Below are positions 1 through 8,425 of a stretch of 16,035 bases of DNA, piece after piece. Each line of letters starts with the position of its first letter. The stretch's first letter is position 1. The position numbers and the translations under genes are program-made. This DNA is from a bacterium (GTDB lineage: Bacteria; Cyanobacteriota; Vampirovibrionia; Gastranaerophilales; JBAXKC01), in the NCBI GenBank assembly GCA_037137535.1, contig JBAXKC010000050.1:1-16035 (forward strand), given 5' to 3'. The notes under the pieces are model-generated. The model saw only the letters and a list, made by a program, of their open reading frames with translations. It was not told where the DNA came from and did not search any database.

Positions 1-156
1 GATAAGGGTTACCGTTAAAAAATGTTTTTAACCAAACAGCTTCTAATACTTTTAATTTTATTTATCAAGTTAAAACCTTTCTAATTGATTTTTATTAATT
101 TAATTATAATAATAGCTTAGTAAAAACACCACTTTATAAAATTTAATTACGTATAA

Positions 157-189
157 TAAAAAGCATCGACTTTATGATCGGTGCTTTTA
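157..189 (-). terminator. Intrinsic terminator downstream of mgtA (probably bidirectional)
   Basis: Inverted repeat AAAAGCATCGA-N7-TCGGTGCTTTT with A/T tracts on both sides, ~14 nt past the mgtA stop codon. Confidence 0.7.
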
Positions 190-202
190 GTAATCAACGT
201 TT

Positions 203-2896
203 CTAGCTAACTCCAAAACGCTTAAAGAACCACATTTTAACGAACTGGGTAAGGATAGCGTAAGTTATCATCATAAGTGTTAAAAGGACAAAGTACAGCT
301 TAGGAAGTGCAACAAAGCCTAATGCACTTGCTAAAGGCGAGAACGGAAGCCATAATGCTATTGAAACAACGATAATTGTTGTTAGCATCATCGGTAAACT
401 CGCTCTGCTCTGAATAAAAGGTATTTTCGTTGTTCTAATAACATGAATGATAATCGATTGCGATAATAAAGACTCTACAAACCAACCTGTGTGGAATAAT
501 GCCGGGTTTTTCCACGAATGGAAAACGTATAACATCATGAAGAAGGTTGCATAGTCGAAGATTGAGCTTATCGGACCTATAAACATCATAAATTTCTTAA
601 TATTATCTATATTCCATTGTCTAGGGTTTCTTAAGAACTCTTTATCCACGTCATCAGTAGGTATTACGGTCTGCGACATATCATAAAGAAGATTGTTTGT
701 TAAGATTTGAATTGGTAGCATAGGCAGGAATGGCAAGAAAAAACTTGCTCCTATAACGCTGAACATATTGCCAAAATTGGAACTTGCCCCCATGCGGACG
801 TATTTTATTATGTTTCCAAAAACCTTTCTACCTTGAACAACGCCTTTTTCAAGCACCAAAAGATTTTTCTCCAATAAAATTATATCTGCGGACTCTTTTG
901 CAATATCTACAGCTGTATCGACTGAAATTCCAACATCAGCCGCCTTCAGAGCCGGAGCATCGTTTATGCCGTCGCCTAAGAATCCAACTACATGATTTTT
1001 ACGGTGTAAAGCTTTTACAATCTGCTCTTTATGTGATGGGGATAATTTTGCAAATATAGTAGTGGTTTCTGCAACTTCTGCAAGCTCATCATCAGTCATA
1101 GAATCAATATCATGACCTAAAACTACTTTATCATAAGGCAAGCCAACCTCTTTGCAGACTTTTCTTGTTACTGCATCGTTATCGCCCGTTAATATTTTTA
1201 CAGAAACTCCATGATTATTTAAAAGTTTAATAGCTTGTGCAGCTGACTCTTTTGGTGGGTCAAGGAAAGCTAAAAAACCGGCTATTGTTAAATCATGTTC
1301 ATCTTTTAAAGTATAAACGTTTCTATCTGTGGGCATTTCTTTATATGCAACTGCTATAACCCTAAAGCCATCTTCATTGAGGGATTTTACCACGTTTTTA
1401 GCTTTTTCAACGTCAGTTTCTTCTAGGCTTAAAGTTTCACCGTTTATTTCGACTTTCCTACTTATCTCAAAAAGCTCTTCTACTGCACCTTTACAGATTA
1501 GCAAGTGCTTATTGTTCTGCTCATTAACGATTACTGACATTCTTTTTCTAACAAAATCAAAGGGTAACTCGTCTATTATCTTGAAATTATTATCAATATA
1601 TCTGTCTTTATTGAGTTCTGCATGTTCCAAAACCGCAATATCAAGTAAATTCTTCAATCCTGTCTGATAATAACTGTTTATATAGCCCATAGTAAGGACA
1701 TTATCATTATGAAATCCGTAAAAATCAACGTGACGCTCAAGAATAATTTTATCTTGTGTTAAAGTTCCTGTTTTGTCAGAGCATAACACGTCCATTGCTC
1801 CAAAATTCTGAATGGAATTAAGCTTTTTTACAATTACTTTGCTTTTAGACATCTCCAACGCACCTTTTGCAAGGTTTACCGTAACAATCATCGGCAACAT
1901 CTCGGGAGTTAACCCCACGACGACTGCAATTGCAAACAGTAAGGATTCAAACCAGTTGCCTTTACTGAAACCATTGATAAAAAAGACCATAGGAGCCATT
2001 ACAAGCATAAAACGAATCATCAGCCACGCAAAACCGTTAATTCCTTTTTCAAAACTTGTTTGCTCGCGTTTTTTTGATAATTCAAGGGCAATTTTGCCGA
2101 AATAAGTATTATTTCCTGTTAAAATAACCACAGCAAAGGCAGTACCGCTTATAACAGTGCTTCCCATATAACATATATTCTGAAACTCAAGAGCTCCTTG
2201 ACTTTGGTCTTTTTCTTTTACAGCAATCTTTTCAACAGGCATAGCTTCGCCTGTTAAAGCGGCTTGAGCAATAAATAAATCCTTAGCACTTAATATTCTT
2301 ACATCCGCAGGAATAATATCACCTGCCGAAAGTCGAATAATATCACCCGGAACAAGATCCTGAAGCGGAATTTCAAAATTTTCTGAAACCAACTCTTCAA
2401 ATTCATCATTTACAATTTCTTCTTCAAGTATTTTGCGTTGTCTTATTGTTGTAGCGGTTGTATTGACCATTTCACGCAATTTTTCAGCCGCCTGATTGGA
2501 ACGATATTCCTGCGAAAAGGTTAAAAACACACTCACCAGAACCATTAAAAAAATTACTGTAGCGGCTTTTATATCTCCAATTGAACAAGAAACCAGTGAT
2601 AAAGTTAGTAATAAGATATTTAACGGATTTATAAACGTCTTAAGTAGCTCAGTAACAGCATTTTTAGGCTTTTCATGGCTGATTACGTTTAATCCGTATT
2701 CTTTAACCCTATCGTTAACTTCCAGCTCAGACAGTCCATTCAGAGTTGTATCAAAAAACCTTAAAACAAATTCTGTATTACTTTTAGCTGATAACTGCAA
2801 TACTTCATTAATATATAAAGTTCGGTCAGCTTCTTTTTTAGTCTTTTTATAATTTTTAAAAGTGTTTGATAACACTTCGAAAACTTGATTTTTCAT
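203..2896 (-). CDS. mgtA: Magnesium-translocating P-type ATPase (P3B, MgtA/MgtB family)
   Basis: 897 aa with DKTGTLT phosphorylation motif, TGEA actuator, PEMLP, KGA, TGD and GDGINDAP motifs, plus MgtA-typical MGASSNFGNMFS and NLLYD. RBS AGAAGG at 2905-2910. Confidence 0.95.
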   Translation of the reverse strand: MKNQVFEVLSNTFKNYKKTKKEADRTLYINEVLQLSAKSNTEFVLRFFDTTLNGLSELEVNDRVKEYGLNVISHEKPKNAVTELLKTFINPLNILLLTLSLVSCSIGDIKAATVIFLMVLVSVFLTFSQEYRSNQAAEKLREMVNTTATTIRQRKILEEEIVNDEFEELVSENFEIPLQDLVPGDIIRLSAGDIIPADVRILSAKDLFIAQAALTGEAMPVEKIAVKEKDQSQGALEFQNICYMGSTVISGTAFAVVILTGNNTYFGKIALELSKKREQTSFEKGINGFAWLMIRFMLVMAPMVFFINGFSKGNWFESLLFAIAVVVGLTPEMLPMIVTVNLAKGALEMSKSKVIVKKLNSIQNFGAMDVLCSDKTGTLTQDKIILERHVDFYGFHNDNVLTMGYINSYYQTGLKNLLDIAVLEHAELNKDRYIDNNFKIIDELPFDFVRKRMSVIVNEQNNKHLLICKGAVEELFEISRKVEINGETLSLEETDVEKAKNVVKSLNEDGFRVIAVAYKEMPTDRNVYTLKDEHDLTIAGFLAFLDPPKESAAQAIKLLNNHGVSVKILTGDNDAVTRKVCKEVGLPYDKVVLGHDIDSMTDDELAEVAETTTIFAKLSPSHKEQIVKALHRKNHVVGFLGDGINDAPALKAADVGISVDTAVDIAKESADIILLEKNLLVLEKGVVQGRKVFGNIIKYVRMGASSNFGNMFSVIGASFFLPFLPMLPIQILTNNLLYDMSQTVIPTDDVDKEFLRNPRQWNIDNIKKFMMFIGPISSIFDYATFFMMLYVFHSWKNPALFHTGWFVESLLSQSIIIHVIRTTKIPFIQSRASLPMMLTTIIVVSIALWLPFSPLASALGFVALPKLYFVLLTLMMITYAILTQFVKMWFFKRFGVS

Positions 2897-2903
2897 AATT
2901 GTA

Positions 2904-2983
2904 ACCTTCTTATCAAATAAAAATTTATAATTTGGTGAGAAGGTCTATATTAACGGGTATTTATAGAATCTACATCACCAAAT
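2904..2983 (-). promoter_or_regulatory. Predicted translational attenuator of mgtA (mutually exclusive hairpins)
   Basis: On the mRNA, ACCUUCU (2944-2938) is complementary to the mgtA RBS AGAAGGU (2910-2904). Alternatively AUUUGGUGA (2983-2975, end of the leader ORF) pairs perfectly with UCACCAAAU (2938-2930), and UCUAUA (2967-2962) with UAUAGA (2949-2944), which would disrupt the RBS-sequestering stem. Confidence 0.65.
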
Positions 2984-3022
2984 AGTTATTAAACATATAA
3001 AACTACTCGCCTCGGGGTCCAT
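2975..3022 (-). CDS. 15-aa MgtL-like leader peptide MDPEASSFICLITIW
   Basis: Translated by hand: ATG GAC CCC GAG GCG AGT AGT TTT ATA TGT TTA ATA ACT ATT TGG TGA. RBS AAGGAAG (3034-3028) lies 5 nt upstream. The MDPE start resembles enterobacterial MgtL (MDPEP/MEPDP). The stop lies 78 nt upstream of the mgtA start. Confidence 0.7.
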   Translation of the reverse strand: MDPEASSFICLITIW

Positions 3023-3129
3023 AAATACTTCCTTTCTTGATATTTTAACTGATTGACATCCTTAACTCCATGATACTCCATCAAAAATGCTGTAAAGATA
3101 AGTTTTGTAAAGTGTTTTTAGTGTTTTGT

Positions 3130-3338
3130 TCGTTGCTTGATGGTTTCGATGTCTAAAGCCATCGACTCTCTTTTTATTTTTTGAAAAATAAAAAGAGTGC
3201 AAAAACAAAAAAAACATAGTAATTTTGACCGCTACTGTTTTCTTTTCTTACTTTTTGAGTTGTTTAACACATAATAATTTTTGAGAAAAAGGCAAACCTC
3301 TCGTGGATGGTGGTTCTTTGGTTTTTTTTATGAAAACT
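3130..3338 (-). repeat. Dispersed structured repeat, copy A
   Basis: Reverse complement reads ...CCAAAGAACCACC...GGTTTGCCTTTTTCTC...ACTCAAAAAGTAAGAAAAGAAAACAGTAGCGGTC...CTCTTTTTATTTTTCAAAAAAATAAAAAGAGAGTCGATGGCTTTAGACATCGAAACCATCAAGCAACGA, colinear with copies B-G. Confidence 0.9.
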
Positions 3339-3356
3339 ATCAAAACGATTCAATAA

Positions 3357-3391
3357 AAAAATCTTGAGTTTAAAGACAACTCAAGATTTTT
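3357..3391 (-). terminator. Intrinsic terminator of the 86-aa gene
   Basis: Perfect 14-bp inverted repeat AAAAATCTTGAGTT-N7-AACTCAAGATTTTT, ~20 nt after the stop codon. Confidence 0.75.
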
Positions 3392-3412
3392 AATTTTTTT
3401 TTAATAAATTAT

Positions 3413-3673
3413 TTAAGCTATTAAATCAAGTCCGAATTTTGAATTAGAAGGCTCATTTGCACCTGAAATATCATCCACTATACCTTTAAAGAAAGATTTT
3501 AAAGGGTTAGCTCCATAAGTATCAGACTCAAGGTTTAATCTCTCAATATCTACATCAATATCATCATTCTCCAAAACAACAGGGTTTAATAGATTCTCCT
3601 CAGAAGCAGAGTTTCTTTTGAATGCTACATTATTATTTATATTATTAAATGATGGAATATTAAAAAGTTTCAT
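3413..3673 (-). CDS. Hypothetical small acidic protein (86 aa)
   Basis: Strong RBS AAAGGAG upstream of the ATG and its own terminator. N-terminus is N-rich with PSF/VAF. No recognisable domain. Confidence 0.7.
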   Translation of the reverse strand: MKLFNIPSFNNINNNVAFKRNSASEENLLNPVVLENDDIDVDIERLNLESDTYGANPLKSFFKGIVDDISGANEPSNSKFGLDLIA

Positions 3674-3920
3674 TATTTTTCTCCTTTATTTGAAACGAAA
3701 GTTAAATCCCCCTTGAAATACTAATATTTCAAGGAAAAATACTTATTCCGCCTTTGTAATTATGTTTACAAAAGCATTTAAGTAAATTATATAGTTAGAC
3801 GTTCCTTTCAAATGTACAAACAGTATTTGTAATTTGATGGTTAGATTATTAAGTGTAACCTTTACACATTTATAAGGAACAAAAAATTATTATATACCCT
3901 TAATTCTGATTCTCAATTGG

Positions 3921-3962
3921 CCGAAAGTATAATACAATTCGTTTGTTGTGTTATACTTTCGG
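3921..3962. repeat. 17-bp-stem inverted repeat in the divergent intergenic region
   Basis: CCGAAAGTATAATACAA-N8-TTGTGTTATACTTTCGG, with one T-G wobble. Confidence 0.8.
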
Positions 3963-4112
3963 ATAGTATTTATACTCATGTCTGATGACTGTGTACGTTA
4001 TTCTGTATGTGCTATATCCTCGCTAATCCTTATTTTTAGTTCATTTTAAATATTAAATTTAAAATCTTTTTAATCTAATACAAATAGGTGTTTTTTATAA
4101 GTTTATTTTATT

Positions 4113-4121
4113 TGCTATAAT
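4113..4121 (+). promoter_or_regulatory. Candidate extended -10 sigma70 promoter for the MCP gene
   Basis: TGCTATAAT matches TGnTATAAT, ~215 nt upstream of the MCP start. The AT-rich context lowers specificity. Confidence 0.35.
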
Positions 4122-4336
4122 TTACATAGCTTAACACGAAAAATAAAAAATCACTTATCTCAAAGACATGTTGAATTATGTAGAATCAACGTTTATACTA
4201 TAAAAGTTAGTAGCTTTACAAGAAGATAGAGTCTTTCTTTTTATCTTTAAATTAAGTGTTTTTTTAAAGATAAAAAATAATAATAAAGCCATCAGATTAT
4301 AAGTGGGTTGCCTTAATCAATAAAGGAGTTTATTTT

Positions 4337-6049
4337 ATGCAATGGTTTATGGAACTTAAAACAGTTCAAAAAATACTGAGCCTTGTTTTTGTAATGTCTA
4401 TGTTTATCTTAGGGCTTGGATTATTGTCTTATAATCAAATAGAAAAAGCGAATAAAGACATGGAATCTTTATATGCTGATCGACTAATGTCGATTGATTA
4501 TTTGAATACATGCAGCAGAGCAGCAGATCTCAATATTGCTAGTCTTTACAGATTAATGACTGAAAAAGATAAAAATGAGCAAAAGCAAATCGTAAAGGAC
4601 ATACAAAAAAGAGCCAAAAAATTTGTTGATGCACTTAAAACAATGGAAGCAACAGAACTCGATGCTACAGAAAAAGAAGATATTTCAAAAATAAAACAAA
4701 CTCTTGTTAAATATAAAGCGACAAGGGCGATTATAATAAAACTAGCGTTAGAAAACAGACAAAAAGATGCTTATAGTTATTTTATGGAAAATTATGCAGT
4801 TTTAACACACTTTACTGATAATTTAGAACATTTAATTAAATATGAAGAAAAAATGGCGAAAGAAACAAACACTAAAAACAATATAGATGGAGCAAATCAA
4901 AAAATAATTCTTTTAGCGGCAATATTTCTTGCATTAGCTTTAGGCTCTGCTTTTGGAATATATCTTGCTAATATGATTTCAACGCGTTTAGGTCGTGTAG
5001 TTAAGCATTTAGAAGAACTTGCAAATGGTAATCTTGCTGTAAATGATTTAAAAATTTACTCGAGTGATGAAATCGGGCAACTTGGTGTTGCTATGAATAA
5101 AATGACAAGAACACTTCAAAAGTTGGTGAAACAAGTTGCTGACTCGGTGCAGGAGATTACGTCAGGCTCAGAACAGATGAATATTGCGGCAGAGCAGACA
5201 GCAATTGGTGCGCAGCAGGTAGCGAACAATGTTACACAACTTGCCTATGGTGCTAATCAGGTTTCAACAAATATTGAAGAGGGTGCAAAAAATATTTCTC
5301 ATATTAATAAAGTTATTCAAGCAATTCATAATGAAGCAAAAGAAGTGGCAGCTCTTGGAAATAATACGGAAACCTCTGCAAATAGCGGTAAAAAGGAAGT
5401 TGATAAGGCTGTTTTAAAGATACAGAGCATAAGAAACTCTTCTGCAAATATATCAACGGCTATAAGTGAATTAGGTCAATTAAGTTCGCAAATTGAGCAA
5501 ATTGTGGACCTTATTAAAAGTATAGCGGGGCAAACTAATCTGTTAGCTCTTAACGCAGCGATAGAAGCCGCAAGAGCAGGCGAACACGGTAAAGGCTTTG
5601 CAGTTGTTGCAGAAGAAGTAAAAAAACTCGCAGAACAGTCAGGAAGTGCTACAGATAAAATTACAACTATGATTAAAGAGGTCCAAAACAAGACTAATCT
5701 TGCTATAAATAACGTTAATGCAGGAGTTAAAGAGGTTGATGAGGGCGTTATAGTTGTAAATGAAGCTGGTGCAACATTAAATACAATTATTGAACAGGTA
5801 AAACTTGCAAATACTAAAATACAGCTTATTACAAAAGAAATCAGCGGAGCTGCTGCAAATTCTGATGAAATTGTTGCAATGATCGAAAATATATCTGCTG
5901 TAACTGAAGAAACTGCCGCAAGTGCAGAGGAAGTGTCTTCTATTACGCAAGAGCAGACGGCAAGTCTTCAAGAAATAAACGCATCTTCTCATACGCTGGC
6001 TAAAATTTCCGAAGAATTACAAGTGCAGGTCAGTGTGTTTAAGGTTTAA
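4337..6049 (+). CDS. Methyl-accepting chemotaxis protein (TM1, four-helix-bundle sensor, TM2, HAMP, signalling domain)
   Basis: Canonical [40 protein letters not shown] hairpin tip, HAMP (DEIGQLG..MNKM), two hydrophobic helices, RBS AAAGGAG. Confidence 0.95.
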   Translation: MQWFMELKTVQKILSLVFVMSMFILGLGLLSYNQIEKANKDMESLYADRLMSIDYLNTCSRAADLNIASLYRLMTEKDKNEQKQIVKDIQKRAKKFVDALKTMEATELDATEKEDISKIKQTLVKYKATRAIIIKLALENRQKDAYSYFMENYAVLTHFTDNLEHLIKYEEKMAKETNTKNNIDGANQKIILLAAIFLALALGSAFGIYLANMISTRLGRVVKHLEELANGNLAVNDLKIYSSDEIGQLGVAMNKMTRTLQKLVKQVADSVQEITSGSEQMNIAAEQTAIGAQQVANNVTQLAYGANQVSTNIEEGAKNISHINKVIQAIHNEAKEVAALGNNTETSANSGKKEVDKAVLKIQSIRNSSANISTAISELGQLSSQIEQIVDLIKSIAGQTNLLALNAAIEAARAGEHGKGFAVVAEEVKKLAEQSGSATDKITTMIKEVQNKTNLAINNVNAGVKEVDEGVIVVNEAGATLNTIIEQVKLANTKIQLITKEISGAAANSDEIVAMIENISAVTEETAASAEEVSSITQEQTASLQEINASSHTLAKISEELQVQVSVFKV

Positions 6050-6071
6050 TTTTTTTATCTTTATATCAAGA

Positions 6072-6106
6072 AAAATCGACAGTTTTGGCTGTCGATTTTG
6101 TTTTTT
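6072..6106 (+). terminator. Intrinsic terminator of the MCP gene
   Basis: AAAATCGACAG-N6-CTGTCGATTTT followed by GTTTTTT. Confidence 0.8.
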
Positions 6107-6135
6107 ATAGAAGTTTGAAATAAAGTTATATCATT

Positions 6136-6396
6136 ACTTTGTAAAAATTTCAATTAAGAACCACCCTAAGTCGATCGGTTTGCTTCTTTTCTCAAAATTA
6201 TATTATGTAAAACAACTCAAAGAGTAAGAAAAGAAGCCAGTAGCGGTCAAGAACAGCAATGTTTTTGTTCCCTTTTTATTTTTCAAAAAAAAGGGAGTCA
6301 AGGGCTTTAGTCATAGAAACCATTGAGTAACTACCACATTTTATAAGTTAAATGCACTCACCGATTAGAAGATACTGAAACAAGTTCAGCATGAAG
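6136..6396 (+). repeat. Dispersed structured repeat, copy B, with terminal REP-like palindrome (6371-6396)
   Basis: CGGTTTGCTTCTTTTCTC...ACTCAAAGAGTAAGAAAAGAAGCCAGTAGCGGTC...CCCTTTTT...AAAAAGGGAGTC, then GATACTGAAACAAGTTCAGCATGA. Confidence 0.9.
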
Positions 6397-6490
6397 ATTG
6401 TATCTTAGACATTAGAATCATTAAGTAATGAACTAAATTTAAAAAACGATAATATACATATTTGAAAATCAATGTTAAATTATTATTACT

Positions 6491-8161
6491 ATGGATTATA
6501 AAATTCTGGAAAAACTTAAAACAGCATATACACTTTTAAAGCAGGGCAATTTTAATGAAGCAAAAGAGCTTTGCTTTGAGGTAATTAAAGCTAAACAAGA
6601 TATTGACGGAACGGCTAATTATTTTGTAGGTCTTTGTTATTTAGAAGATGAGCAGTTTAATAATGCGGAATTTTATTTTAAAAATGCAGTCGATATTTCG
6701 GAAAAAGATGAATTTATTTATGATTTAGCTTTTACTTATATTGCTTCAGAAAAATATGAAGAGGCGATAAAATTATATTTAAGACTTTATAATAAATATC
6801 CCGATGAGGTTGATTTGAATTTAAAATTGGCCGAATGTTATGAAAAAACCGATAATCCCGAAAAAGCCCTTGTTTATTACATTAACAACATCAGTTTGGG
6901 CAATAATGGAGTTGAAATAATTTTTAAAGCTGGTGTAGTTTGTAAAAATCTCGGAAAATTAGATGATGCCGAATATTTTTATAAACTTGCGTTAAATACA
7001 ATGCCCGAAAATCATTTAATTTATTATAATATCGGTAATTTGTATTATATGAAAAACGATTTTATAAATGCTTTAGAATGGTTTGAAAAGGCTTATTATC
7101 TTGAGAAAAATGACACTAAAGTGCTTAATAATATAGCTTCTTCTTATTATAATATTGGAGAGCTTGGAATTGCCGAAGAATTTTATATTAAATTTTTACG
7201 GCTTTCGCCCGAAGATCCTACTGCTAAATTAAATTTAGCCTGTTTACTTTTATTGCGTCAGGATTATGAAAACGGCTTAGAGCTTTATGAAAACAGGTAT
7301 GATGTTGATTTTTATTTAAAACCCGAAAAAAAAGAATTACCAAAGCCATTATTTACTTCTGACAAAAATAATAAAGATAAAATCGTCTATGTATACTATG
7401 AACAGGGTTTTGGCGACACTTTGAACTTTGCAAGATATTTACCTGTTCTAGCAGATATGGTTAAGCAGGTTATTTTTAAATCTCAAAAAGCTCTTTATGA
7501 GCTAATTAAAGATAATTTTCCGAATATTAAAGTTATAAGTGATGATATAAATGATAGTCAACTGAAATATGATTGTCATATCTCATTAGTAAGCCTGTTA
7601 AAAGAATTGAAAATCAGTAAAAATAATATTATCAGTCCTAATGGCTATTTAAAACCTTACGGATATAAAATTAACATGGATTTAGAAGAATTATTTTCTT
7701 TTGAGGGAATAAAAATAGGCCTATGCTGGAATACAGGTTTAGCCGTCAATAATAGAAATATTCCTTTTGATAAATTAAAATCCATTATTGATTTTTCAAA
7801 AAATCGCATTTACTCACTGCAAAAAGGTTTAGGCTTAGAACAAATAGACACCGAAGAAATAATAAGGCTAGACCCTTATTTAAACAGCTTTTATGACACA
7901 GCAGGCTTTATTGAGCGTATGGACCTTATAATAACAGTAGATACAGCAGTTGCACACATTGCAGCTGCAATGAATAAGCCTGTTTATGTTTTATTAAACG
8001 CCGTCCCTGATTGGAGATGGGGACTTGATGCAGAAACAACTCCATGGTATTCATCCGTTGGCTTAATAAGGCAAGATTACCCAAATGATTGGGATTCCGT
8101 AATTAAAAAACTCGCTTATAAATTTAAAACAGGGTTAATACCTTTTAAAGAGATAAATTAA
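6491..8161 (+). CDS. TPR-repeat protein with C-terminal GT-B (GT9-like) glycosyltransferase domain
   Basis: N-terminal ~270 aa of TPR helices (e.g. YYNIGNLYY...ALEWFEKA), then EQGFGD, DLIITVDTAVAHIAAA, DWRW, TPWY and RQ..DW motifs typical of TPR-GT9-like proteins. No clear RBS. Confidence 0.85.
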   Translation: MDYKILEKLKTAYTLLKQGNFNEAKELCFEVIKAKQDIDGTANYFVGLCYLEDEQFNNAEFYFKNAVDISEKDEFIYDLAFTYIASEKYEEAIKLYLRLYNKYPDEVDLNLKLAECYEKTDNPEKALVYYINNISLGNNGVEIIFKAGVVCKNLGKLDDAEYFYKLALNTMPENHLIYYNIGNLYYMKNDFINALEWFEKAYYLEKNDTKVLNNIASSYYNIGELGIAEEFYIKFLRLSPEDPTAKLNLACLLLLRQDYENGLELYENRYDVDFYLKPEKKELPKPLFTSDKNNKDKIVYVYYEQGFGDTLNFARYLPVLADMVKQVIFKSQKALYELIKDNFPNIKVISDDINDSQLKYDCHISLVSLLKELKISKNNIISPNGYLKPYGYKINMDLEELFSFEGIKIGLCWNTGLAVNNRNIPFDKLKSIIDFSKNRIYSLQKGLGLEQIDTEEIIRLDPYLNSFYDTAGFIERMDLIITVDTAVAHIAAAMNKPVYVLLNAVPDWRWGLDAETTPWYSSVGLIRQDYPNDWDSVIKKLAYKFKTGLIPFKEIN

Positions 8162-8185
8162 TATTATTTTTAAGTTTTCAAAACT

Positions 8186-8424
8186 CGTCATTGCGAGCTA
8201 AGCAATCTAAAAAGTTATTGGGTTTTCATCTGCAAATTATCTTCGTTGTTTAATGATTTCGATGTTTTAAGCCATTGCTTACTTTGAAAATGAAGCAAAA
8301 AGATTACGGCTCTGAGCGCTACTGGCTTCTTTTCTCAAGAATAGTTCTGCACAAAATTATTCTTGAGAAAAGAAGTAAACCGCTTGTGGGCGGTGTGTCT
8401 TTGGTTTTTTCTTTTGCGAAAAGA
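8186..8424 (-). repeat. Dispersed structured repeat, copy C, with a different CGTC-tagged palindrome (8186-8208)
   Basis: Reverse complement TTTTCGCAAAAGAAAAAACCAAAG...GCGGTTTACTTCTTTTCTCAAGAA...AGAAAAGAAGCCAGTAGCGCTC...ATGGCTTAAAACATCGAAATCATTAAACAACGAAGATAAT. The plus strand shows CGTCATTGCGAGCTAAGCAATCT at 8186-8208. Confidence 0.9.
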
Positions 8425-8425
8425 T

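Noticed and set aside
784-2852. Plus-strand ORFs 784-1059, 1329-1667, 1812-2105 and 2496-2852
   Set aside because: Antisense shadows of mgtA with no recognisable protein features.
2989-3081. 30-aa minus-strand ORF MEYHGVKDVNQLKYQERKYLWTPRRVVLYV overlapping the mgtA leader
   Set aside because: No RBS before its ATG. The overlapping MDPE ORF has a strong RBS and fits the switch geometry.
3919-3995. Possible type II hammerhead ribozyme (GAAA, long stem, CTGATGA)
   Set aside because: Core words are present but stem I and stem II cannot pair (no R10.1-Y11.1 pair, no helix before CUGAUGA).
4284-4312. c-di-GMP-I riboswitch-like fragment (AAAGCC...GGGTTGCC) in the MCP leader
   Set aside because: The upstream GGCAAA/GNRA P2 hairpin and tetraloop receptor are absent, so the match is too short to call.
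5229-5992. ORFs 5229-5417, 5476-5691 and 5777-5992
   Set aside because: Out-of-frame or antisense overlaps inside the MCP gene.
6426-6452. Sigma-28-like promoter TAAT-N15-AACGATAA before the TPR-glycosyltransferase
   Set aside because: Three mismatches to TAAA-N15-GCCGATAA in very AT-rich DNA; not distinguishable from chance.
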